A stretch of 64,000 nucleotides of DNA from Malacoraja senta (Eukaryota). The notes beneath the pieces were generated by a model. That model saw nothing but the letters and a program-made list of their open reading frames with translations, ran no database searches and had not been told where the DNA came from. The translations under genes were made by a program, and so were the position numbers. The stretch spans positions 4,962,001 to 5,026,000 of the forward strand of contig CM075996.1 in assembly GCA_038087875.1 (NCBI GenBank), given 5' to 3'. How positions within the stretch are numbered: position 1 is the stretch's first letter; each line of letters starts with the position of its first letter. This document shows, in pieces, positions 28,701-40,700 of the stretch.

Positions 28701-31700
28701 CAGAGCAACAAAAAAGTAGTTGCCCTCAAGTATTTGCTATTCACTGAAACTTAGTCAATAAAAGAACTGTTGATCTTACTTAATGTTAATCAATTATTTT
28801 GTTTAGCCTATCATTCATAAACTCTGACTGATAGACCCACAGCACAACCAATTATAGAGAACCGATCAGAACATTGAAGATCAATACTATATTGAGAATC
28901 ATGGTTAAAAGCGTAAGGCTATTATTGATAACTCCATAATCAATTAAAAAACAGATTTATCTACATTGTGCCACAAATCAGGGAATTGCCCTTTAATTGC
29001 ATAAACAAGGAGCTACGACAAAGACATGATTACAACCAAACTTCACAGATCAATATAATTGTTAAGTGTATTGTTGGTGAGAGGCTGAAAGTTTTGAAAA
29101 CAAGTTTGCAATCATTTCAATTGTACAGCACAATTCATTTATACCAGTCACACTTCTACACAAGAAATACATTTTGAAAAATGTATGTTACCACTTGGGG
29201 TCTGCATCCGGTTCATGATCTGACTTGGCACATTGGGCCGCATAAGGGTAGGGTCAGAAAGTGGCCCATCTGAAATGCAACAGGATCAGATGTAAACAAA
29301 AATGTGGTCAAATGCCAGAATAATGCAAAAGTATTTTTTTCTGCCAAAGGAATGGGGAGGGGGGAGGGAAGCAATGCATGATTGAATTATGCAACTCAAC
29401 AATGGCATAAATGTATGAAACAATGCATTCATGTCAACGATGAATGTGTTCTTTCCTTTTTTACCATGTGCATTTTATAATCCTGAATACAGCACAGAAG
29501 TAGCCCTCCAAACCAAACGAAATATTTTGAAACTGCATTAACTTAGCATGGCTTTATTTTTTGGAACTATAACAGAAGTATACAAATCTAAGTAGGTTAG
29601 GACTGTAGAGCATGTTTATAACATAGTCTGTGGAGATATAATATCCAAGATCCAGGCTGACTTCCCTTTCCAGTGATGGTCCTAGGCCAAGTAGGACCAC
29701 TATCTGCTTAATCCCAATTGCATCTTTAATGAGTATCAATGCTTGTTTTTAGTGCTGACTCCGAGTTCCTCCAATCCAGACTTTTTTTCCTATGTAGAAC
29801 ATAGGATTATGGGATAACCAGTTTCTATTTGAAAAGATGCACATGCATAATGAGTTTCAGATAATGGCAAAATGAGGCTTGGCCGAAACCACTTCACCAG
29901 TCAAATAATTTGCCAACACCGTAACTAAGCAGTAGAAGGCCGTACTTAGTTGAAGTTTTGGAAAACTGCTAACACCACGAGAACAGTAACGCTGCAATTA
30001 TCAATCTCAGAAGAGAAAGCATCTGAACAAATATCTGTACAGCACGAAAAACTCACTAGCTCTTTCAAACCTTTTTAATCCAATGCAAATGTGACCTTTC
30101 ACTTCAATTAATCATTAAAAAACTAATTAAAAGTAGAATTCCCAAGGCCAGACACTAAATTACTTGTGCTACCCATTAATATTAAGTTATATATGAATCC
30201 CAAGAGATGGTTTTAAATTTTGTCACCTAATACTGTGCAAGAATACAAAAATAAGATCATGCATCGAGTAGATACGTTCAATTGTATTTTCTGATTACAG
30301 GCCCAAACCATAAATGCCATAGTTGTCTTTTCTGTTTTTGAATGCTGATAAACAGCAATTTCATTGTATTTTAAAACATTCCTTTCCTTTCTTAGTTAAC
30401 AACAGACAGGAGTACTGTTCCACAACTTTGGCGATCACCTACTGCACAAGTCGCAAGACTCCAATGTATGAATTTGGGCTGAATGCTGACTAACTGAACA
30501 TTCAACTGCGGAGTTACTGCATGAAGACCACATGCAGCTCGTATCAGGGACTCAAACAAACTGAGTTTACAGCTGGAATCATCTGGTAAATTATTTCTGT
30601 TTTAATCCAAGGTTTCACAAAAATTACGACATGTACCACCTTCACCTGACACCAGCAAACAAATTTAACAGTCCAAACGTTAATCACCAGTTTGCTTAAA
30701 ATCGTGATGTCTAATGCCCACAAGGAGATTTTTTTTTTAATATACTGATCCAAATGAAGTAAATTATTAAAATGAACAAATCAAAATAGCATGGGAGAAA
30801 AGGAAATGCAGATGCTGGTTTACAAAGAAAAAACAAGTTGCTGGTGTAACACAGCAGATCAGGAGCCTCAAGAGGACAGGGATACGTGTCGTTTCAGTCA
30901 GGACCCTTCATACTCTCTGCCTCCACCCAAATAAACAGCCAAAAAAGTGCTGTATATGTACTTTAATTATGCACAAATTACAGTACTGGGAAAAATAAAG
31001 AATCCATATTGGAATCCATTAAGCATTTGACAAATATGAAAAAAGAGGTTCTTTTAATTCATTCATATTTTCATAAAAAACATTACAAAAGTGCAACAAA
31101 ATCCCAGCTTCTTACTCGGAGGGAGTCCCGACTGCAGCTGTGTCATGCTGGGAGGCTGGGCTCCTCCTGCAGATAGCAGACCACTTTGGTTTGGCATCAC
31201 ACCCTGTTTCTGAAGCCTAGTGCGGCGCTTTTCCTCAAGTTCTTTCTGAATCTTGTAGATCTTCTCAGCCAGCAGATGATAGTACTCAGCCTGATTTTAC
31301 AAAGATAAATTAGTCTCATTTTCATAAAGGGAAGATCACAAAATCTAATGGCAAACAATAAAAAGGCAAGGTCAAAACAGGGGACAAACCTAAACAGTTC
31401 TAAAAGAGAACAAGTGTAAATTAGCAGCCAGTGTACATTTAAACCCAACTCAAAATGGCAGGAAATGTGTTTTTTATTTTCATTCATAACTGTTATGTCA
31501 GCTCAGTGTCATTCTAACTCTGTTTAGAAATTATGGTAATAGAATTGCTCACAGCTTGTTTGACTAACTGTTGCATCCTTTCACGTGCTTAAATGACAAC
31601 TAATGTAATTTTGGTTTATATGCTTTGTGCATATATAGAACTAGTGCCATACAAAGCCCTGATTAAACCACATACAGAAGACCGCAAGTAGTTCTAGTAC

Positions 31701-34700
31701 CTCACATTCCTATAACTTGTTGTCTCCACATACTTTTGATAGAGTACAGAAATGGCTATAATGGGTTCAATTGACCTGACAGTACTGCAATTATTTAAAC
31801 TATACTTAGCTTTCTGTGCAGTCCAATTTTCAAACAATTACATCATACATAATTACACATTTATCATAACATGTTTGTGAGAACCAGCCCTAATGCTTTC
31901 CACTAAACCAAGTTCAAATTGAAATCTTGAATTGTAATTTACCCTGCAGTTAGCAGATTCGTACATGTCTCCTTCCACTTTTCTTGCATAAGCCACCAGG
32001 TTTTCCATTCGTCTATCTTTCAATGCTGCTGGATCAGGTGTTGGGAATATGGCTTGAACTCTGCATCGAGGGAAATAGTGATTTTAAATAACTCGGGTGC
32101 ACAATGGGCAAAAGTGAACTTTAAACATGCAGGACGGCAGCATCAATCTTTAATTTATGCAGCAGGCTTCATAACATAATTAAGATTTACAACCTAAAGT
32201 ACCAACTTTAAATTCAGTTTTGTCAGAGTGAAGCAGCTACGTCATCACAAAGAGGAAGCTATGCTGTGTTAAATATCTCACAAAATAAATCGCAAAGAAC
32301 CCGTTACTGAAAAGTTCTGCATCATTGCACATTTGTTTGTAGCTTTCTATAATTAAGCCATACATAGAAAAAGGGTGCAGGAGGCCATTCGGCCCTTCGA
32401 GCCAGCACCGCCATTCATTGCAATCATGGCTGATCGTCCCCAATCAATAACCCATGCCTGCCTTCTCCCCATATCCCTTGATTCACTAACTCTCTCTTAA
32501 ATCCATCCAGTGATTTGGCTTCCACTGCCCTCTGTGGCAGGGAGTTCCACAAATTCACAACTCTCTGGGTGAAAAAGTTTCTCACCTCAGTCTTAAATGA
32601 CCTCCCCTTTATTCTAAGAAAATACATAGAAACAATTCTGCCTCTTGCCTATCCAATTAGTTTCTTCCTTCATAGCGTTACAAATCTTCTTTCCAATATT
32701 TATCCAATATGTCTTTTGAAAATAATTAATGAATCGGTTGCCATGGCCTTTTAAGGCTTTGGATTCTCACTGTGGAGAACTCACTTTTCTTTATATTCCC
32801 TCTGATTATTTTGCTATGAACTCTAAATTTGCAACAAAGATAGTTTGCATGTGGATAACCCACATGTATAGTCAGCTTTTGTGAGTGTGCAATAACCAGT
32901 TGTAATGACAAATGAAATTAAACTGTCCCATAGGCATGTCCACAAAGCAGTCCCATAGCAGAAGCGTCCATGTCGCGGGGCTGGAAACTGGAAGTATCCT
33001 GAGCTAATTCTGCTACCACCATCACCTATTGTAACAAGTGGTGGCTCCCACTGATTGTCTCCAGAAGCTTGCATCCTTTTCAGGACGGTCAATGACAGCG
33101 ATGTCAACATTTGTAACAAGATGGACCCGAAAGAAAAAGATCCACAAAGCAATTCATCTTTGACTGCCATGAATAAATTATAATCCCACTTACAATTTGT
33201 GCACAAGATGATTGCGTAGGTCCTGAGTGACATCTTCATGCCATGATTTCCGAATGCCAGTACTTGAGGGGGGCGCTGCTGTTGGCACTGCACTTAGATT
33301 GCCAACACCTGTTCCATCAGATAACATTTGGCTGCAAATATCAAAAGTTGATATGAGTATGGAATAGGCAATAGTGAAAAGCATGTTATTGACTCCACCC
33401 CCTATTACAGATTCAAAATCACTGAACTAAAAGCATACAGGTATGGCCATGGATTCTAATAGCTCTTTATTCCATGATCAGCCATAAATGATAGTTGTAA
33501 CAGTAAAGTTCTTAAGCTTGGTCATAAGAATATAGGGCAACAGTGGCACAGCGGTAGAGCTGCTGCCTTAGTGTCAAAGACCCGGGTTCAATCCTGACTG
33601 CGAGTGCGATCTATATGGAGTTTGTATGTTCTCCCTGTGATCACGTGGGTTTTCTCTCTGTGCTCCGGTTTCCTCCCACACTCCAAAGACGTCGAGGTTT
33701 GTAGGTCAATTGGCTACGGTAAAAAAAATTCTGTTAATTGTCACTAGTGTGTAGGATGGTGTTAGTGTATGGGGTAACTGCTGGCCGTCACGGACTCAGT
33801 GGGCCGAAGGGCCTGTTTCCGTACTATATCTCTAAAGTCTAAAGCAATGCATCTCTAAGCTGCAAGGACAACATTGGCAACCAAAATAGGTTTAATATGT
33901 TCGCATTAAAATATCAGCAGTGGAAATATATGAAACAGTAAATGAGTTAAAATGAATCCTAGACTTACTTTGTTGAAGTCATGGATGGCAGCAGCATAGC
34001 ATCGTGCAGTAAGCTGGACTGCTGGGTGGAGGTCTGCACACCCACATTACTTCCATTTACACCCATTTGATTGGTACCTATAACATGCATGGAACAACAA
34101 GTCATTGGTAGAACTGAGGCATCACCTCATTTGATGACAATCCAATTGGTTCACATGCATATATTTTCTTGTCACACAATAATTTATTTACACACTAATC
34201 TATAAAACATTTTTTTGAAATGCACCATTATGATCCTGAGAGCTCTCATTTTCAGCAATATTTTTTTGTGTTGTGCTGTACGTGTTGTTTCATCTTTCTC
34301 TTCCCCCCCCCCACTGAGTTAAATAGATCACAAATATGTATGAAGCTGTCAAACAATATCCAGCCAGAATGGTAAAAAGCTGTCCCCTTCACTAACCCCT
34401 CCATTAAGTTCCAGATATATTTGTTTTCCCTATAGTAGTTTTACAGCTGGAATTCATTCTATCATTTAATACTACAGTCATACCTCTCATTTTCTTCTTA
34501 GTAATATCCGTATTGCCAGTAACAATCAGAAGAGCACTTTATCCAATCCAAACACAAAGTTTTAAAGATCTTAAAATGCCTCAATACATTTCTACAAATT
34601 TGCCCAGTATTTAGAAAGAAAGAAAAACAAGTGTGAAGGCATTATCTCTGGCAAACAGAATAGAAAGCGAACTGCTGCAGATTTTAATAAAATTGCTTTT

Positions 34701-37700
34701 CTTGTTAAATCTTAATTACCAATACTTAAGGACTAGTTCAGTAAGTATGTACAAAATGAAATGTCTAGAGAATTGCAAATAACAACCAGTGAACAAATTA
34801 TGTTCAACAATCAGAGGTATTTTGCGAGTAGGTTGTCTGTACCTACCCATAGCATTCATAGACCGCAGAGATTGGTGCCCCTGTGAAGACTGAGACGATT
34901 GTTGGTTCTGCATCGCAGATTGAGGCTGCATCTGATTACCCTGATATGTGAGTCCAAGCGCTGCGTAGGCTCTCTCTATAGAGCTTGGGTCGATCTGACT
35001 GGTAGTGTTTATACTTGGTGTGGTTGGTTGTCCAACTCCTACTGACCCTAATGAATTTCCTAATCCTACTGCTGCACCAGCTAATAATGCTGTGGAAAAG
35101 GAAAAATGTACATGAATCAAAATATTAATTCATACACCACAACTTTTACTAGAACTGACTCGGGTCCCTACCATTGTCTGAAGCGACAGAATGTTGTATA
35201 TGCCTTGCTGCACGTAGTCAGGTGCTGCTTTATTTTCTTTGGAAAAACTGAACAGATATCCCCTTGATTTCTATGGTCTTCAATTTGACCAGTATTCCTT
35301 GACGTCACAATTGCATCTCAAAAGTTGCTTTATCTAACTACTTACAGCAGTGATGATTGACCCAAAATGTTAACACTTGTTGCTTATTACAGGCTGCTTG
35401 ATTTGCATTGTTGCGCTGTTTCATTTCAGATTTCCAACATCGGTAGTGATATACTGAAGTACATCTTGGTGAAAGTGCGCAGGAATAATTACAGAAATCA
35501 ATATTCCCCCAAACATAAACAGTTGGGATACGAAAGGGAACCGACAAGACAGAGATAAATCAATTCCACTGCTTGAGTTGCTTAGAACTAGCGATGCAGT
35601 TCTAAAAACTCGGGTGCTTCTCTGCCGATGTTTCGAAGCACAGGGTGGTGGAAATTTTCCACATGCAGGTGATGCTAGATAAAATATTAATTTTAAATAT
35701 GAGCCGAACAGAATTTTGTTAATCCAAGGTATTAAGAGCTTTATGAAAATGGCAGGTAGGTGGAGTAATGTGATGGATTAACCAAGATCCCGTCGAATTA
35801 CAGACAAGGTTCATGGGGCAAATCACCTCCTCCTGTTCCCATTTTTAACAGTATAGTGGCACAGCATCGACTATAAAACGACAAACTCCATTCATATGAC
35901 TACAGATTGGTCTTTTTTTTTTTTAATCGGTATTTTACACCTCCGTACTAGCCACATTCAAAATGTTACTGATCATTCCCAATGTGCAAATTCTAAAGCA
36001 TACCCGTCTACCATCTTTATTGCCTCAATCAATGCTGACACTGATTTCTGTCTAACCTTCCCACACACCAATACCACTTCTCAGCACACTTCTATACTCC
36101 CAATTTTAAAACATAATCAGTACACCCTCTTCAATATACTTCCTAACTAGCTGAAACCATAAGCATCCTAATTTCCTGGACTTTATTTTGGAAAAAAAAA
36201 TTCAAGGCCACGTACCTATAAAAATATAGGTGAAAACACAATTTGATCCTGGGGTGCACATTCGTGCACATTAGAATACAAATTATAATCAAATAATTCA
36301 TAAATCAGTGGCCGTGAAAAAGTTCAAAATAATGTTTAACAGAGGCATGCAAAACAGCAGATGCCGAAATCTGGAGCATCAAAATAAAAAAATCAAACTG
36401 CTGGAGACACTCAGCAGGTCAAGCGGCATCCGTGGAGGCAAAGGGATGGTCGATGTTTCAGGCCGCGACGCTGCACATGGATCTTGATCCAGAAATGTGC
36501 AGAGTTCCGCAAGCACTTTGTTTTTTGATTTATTTTGAGACCACATAATAACCCTGTGTAATCAGAATTCATACAAATCTATGGCGGTCGTTTATATTAC
36601 CAACACACTGAATGCACATTATTGTTTTAAAAACACAAACATTCTCAAGAACACTTACTATCACAATAAAAAAAAGCAAAAGCCCAACCCAGGAGTTTAA
36701 AAAGATTCAATCCAAAAAATCTGATGTACCAAGAGTTCCATTTATCTAAATTTGGCCTTGAAATTGCATTGCTTCAAACTAACTCAAAATGTGGCTCGTA
36801 ATATTTAGCCACATTTTCAAAACCTCTTCCACTGGGTGGCGCCAGCAATGGCTGCCTCACCAACAGTCTGTCTGTCCATTCCTTCTTTGTTGTTTTAATA
36901 GTGTGTGTTAATTGTATGTTTTAGAGTTCTTTAGCTTAGATCACCCCGACGCATGGTTCGACTGCCCCGACCGAATAAAGAGGGATGAAGATTGGACTTT
37001 ATTGCCTTCCATCACAGTGAGGAATGCGGGGAATCCGCTGCTGTGGGTGATTACGTTAACTTTTATGTAGTTGTGTGTCTTGCTGCTTTTTGTTTAGTAC
37101 GGCTGTATGGTCATTCGAATTTCACTGTACCTTAATTGGTACATGTGATAATGAAAGACCTTTGAACCTTTGAAAATAGCATGCAAGGCTCATTATGCAC
37201 AATGATATAGGAAATTCCTAAAGCACCCACTTGCCCTGCAGCCTTTATCCACGTTATCCAGTTTAATAAGACACCCCAGTAAATCAACTGAACAAATGCA
37301 GGACACCATAATAGATGAACTGTTCAAGATTTATATAGAACTTTAATCCTGTGGATCACTTGTGCCATGCTTTTGCAGACTTTCAAAGCAGGTAGACTTA
37401 CACTGCTGATTACGCTTATCCCCAGCATTTTTCAACGGTAGACAAACAGGACAGTCGTGCCTCGTACAATTTTTCCAATGGGAGATGATCTGTCGTGATG
37501 AAGCACAGTGTGCAACTGGAAAGGACCAGCAACAAATACAAAAATTAGGGCAGACAAAAATGTCAAACAGAAAATATAACAAAATCAGAACTCCACATTC
37601 AAAAGTGATTTAAAACAACAGTTCTAAACGCTGCTAAATCACCACAGAAATTCCACTCTTTGCTACAGCAGGTGGTAATAACAGGATGGAATGTAATCAC

Positions 37701-40700
37701 AGGTCAACTGCAACAGAAATAGCAGGGCTCTCGCTTAACTTTTTTTCCCTGTTGCCAAATGACAGTTTAGGTGGTCATTTAAGATGGCTTGCATGACGCG
37801 TGCGATAATGTGCTTGGACGAAGTGCGTAGTTACCAGTCGGAATTATACTCAATGAAGCATTCACATATTATTTCTGCTTCAAAAAAAGTCACAAACTAA
37901 ACATATTCACCAATCAAGACATGATATATCCCACAATGACATGCAGCAAAATTATAAGACAGTATCTCAACTCTTTTTACACATTGCAATTAATGCAATT
38001 TCTATTAGTTCTTTCCACTTCCACTTCCAAACAAAAATGTGGTTGGATTATTCCAGCGTATGATCAACCTGTGTCAATAAATCCTGGACCATGGTAACAT
38101 ATATGCGTACGTATAGTTGTGAATGTTGCTCATTAAATAACTACAGTACTGATACTCCATATTAAGAGCATTGATTTGCCGTTAAAATGAATTCTGTAAT
38201 AACGTGTCAACGGCAGCAGTGACAATCGAACACTGCGGTTTTAATGTTTCACGTGTTCACAATTTAATTAATCCATCTTTATGGATTAAAACAAATAATA
38301 ACATTGGGAATTAAAACACATTTGATTGCATTCCGTTATCAAACATAGTCAATGTTCGCTCTGAAGACATTTCCAGCACAATAGGGTCAGGGAGGGGGGT
38401 GTGTGTGAATCAGTGCGGGGTGGATAGATGGCGGGGGTGGGGAGGGGGGGGGGGGGGAATCTAGAAGGCAGTCGGTGCAGAATGGATGGATAGAGGCAGG
38501 TGAATTAGTACGTGTTGGTTGGAGTAGATAAAATTGTGAGGGGAGAGCACCGGGAATGTCAGTGGTGTTGAATGGGGGGGGTTCAGTACGGGATGGATGG
38601 GGGTAGACAAAAGTGCTGGAGAAACTCAGTGGGTGAGGCATCTATGGAGCGAAGAAAATAGGCAACGTTTCGGGTCGAGACCCTTCTTCAGACTGTTCCC
38701 CCCATTCTTCTTGAATGGGAGGATCAGTACAGGATGGATGGGGGGGGGGGAGATCAGCGCAGGATGAATGGGGGGGGGGGGGTCAGTACAGTGTGGATCG
38801 GAGGGTCTGTGCAGGATGAATGGGGGATCACTACAGGATGAATGAGGGGAAGGGGGGAAGGTGCAGGGTAAATGGAGGGAGAGTCAGTACGGGATGAATG
38901 CGTGGATTAGTCCAGGATGGATGGGGGATCAGTACAGGATGGATGGAGGAGAAGTGCAGGATGGATGGGAAAGGGGTAAGTACAGGGTGAATTGGGGAAC
39001 GAGTATAGAATGGATGGGGGGGGGGTGGCAGGAGAATCAATGCGAGGTGGATAGGGTGATCAGCGCAGGATGAATAGATGGGGGGGCAGTAGATGGGGAG
39101 GGGAGCACAGGGGATGTCAGTGAGGACTGAATAGAGGCGGGAATGGGGATCAGTGGGGGATGGAGTGGAGGGGTCCCAGGATTAAGGGGGTGGGTGGAGG
39201 GGGCGTACAAGAGAGAGAGAGAGGGGGGAAGGGGGAGCGAGGTGGGGAGGAAGGAAGGTCAGCACTCCTCGGACAACATCGCCCCGCTGCCTTGGCCGTT
39301 GGGAACTCCTCGCCACCGCCTCCCTCATCCGCCAGCCAACAGCAAGGTGCGGGGCCGGGCGGTGCAGCTCAGAGATCCTAAATAGCTATAAGGTCTTTGG
39401 TGCAGCTGCTTCAGAAGCGACGTTTCATGTCGGCGGCTGTTGTGCGGGGCAAAGATACTAGGTGCGGGGTGAGGAAGGGTCGGAGCGAATGACGGGTTCC
39501 GCACAGCGGCAGTAGCGGCCGCGACAGCGGCTCCAGCTCCTCCTTCTCCCGCCCTGATAAGGGCCTCTGCTTGAAAACCCGCTAACGGCGCTTTCAAACA
39601 AACTCTCCCGCACTCCGAGGCCTCCCCCTCCCTCCCTCCTCCTGGCCTCGGAGTGCGGGAGAGTTTGTTTGAAAGCGCCGTTAGTGGGTTTTCAAGCAGA
39701 GGCCCTTATCAGGGCGGGCGGGGGGCGGGAGGAGGAGAAGATGGAGCCGCTGTCGCGGCCGCTGTTGCCGCTGTGCGGGACCCGTCATTCGCTCTGACCC
39801 TTCCTCACCCCGCACCTAGTATCTTTGCCCCGCACAACAGCCGCCGACACGAAACATCACGTTCCTCTTCTCCAGAGATGCTGCCTGACCCGCGGAGTTA
39901 CTCCAGTTTTTTGTGTCTATCTTCGGTACAAACCAGTATCTGGTTGCCAAGCCGGGCAAAATGACTCGGTGTTTAGGTTGCCCGGCGGCGCTTTGAGTGG
40001 TCAGTGGCACCCGGGCAACCGCTAATTTCGAGCCATGAATAGGTTCTTCATAAGTTTGACCTGGTGACTTCGATGAGCATTTAGCATCATCATGTGCCAA
40101 TGGAAGTACACAAAATGTTTGAGGTACATTTTAGAGGAATGTAAACAGTGCAAAATTATTATTATTTTTTTAATCCAAGGCTACACTAAATTATTTGAAA
40201 TAGAGTACTCGGAATTTTGTGCATCTGAAAAGTGAGACAAATCCCTAATAATTTTACATTACCAGTTGAGTCCATACTCACCCTGACAAGATTTGCCAGC
40301 CTGACAATGCGTCATGTGATTGAGGACATTCTTCATAGTCCGGCAATGTGGCAAGTTGCAGGGTCGTACCTCACCATTTGCTTGCTCCCGACGCTGGCAT
40401 TTGTGTGCATGCAAAAGCAGAACCAGCTGCTGCTGGATAAGTTTTCGTTTCTCTGGATCCGCTGTGGGTGCAGAACCCATCCCTTGCCCTGGAGGCTGCC
40501 CAATTCCTCCTTGTTGCACTGGAGAAGGTTGCTGTGGCTTTGGAAAATAAGACATTATTAATATTACACCTTTAACATGAACAGGATATACTGAGATACT
40601 TTAGAGATACAACATGGAAACGGACCCTTAGGTCCACCTACAGTGCCCTCCATAATGTTTGGAACAAAGACCCATCATTTATTTATTTTCCTCTGCACTC

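Larger units (their letters stand above)
37723..40037. mobile_element. Composite non-autonomous hAT-like element with 5-bp TSD
   Basis: Ends CAGGGCTCTCGCTTAAC / GCTAATTTCGAGCCATG; AATAG at 37718-37722 and 40038-40042. Confidence 0.65.

Noticed and set aside
32823..33190. 156-aa minus-strand ORF and moderately GC-rich intron 8 segment as a possible alternative exon or snoRNA
   Set aside because: Out of frame with exon 8; no convincing splice pair or C/D or H/ACA box arrangement seen.
33535..33610. tRNA-like sequence with A and B boxes
   Set aside because: It is the head of a SINE, not a tRNA gene.
36787..36817. Small hairpin AAAATGTGGCT...AGCCACATTTT
   Set aside because: 11-bp stem with no other support; plausible by chance.
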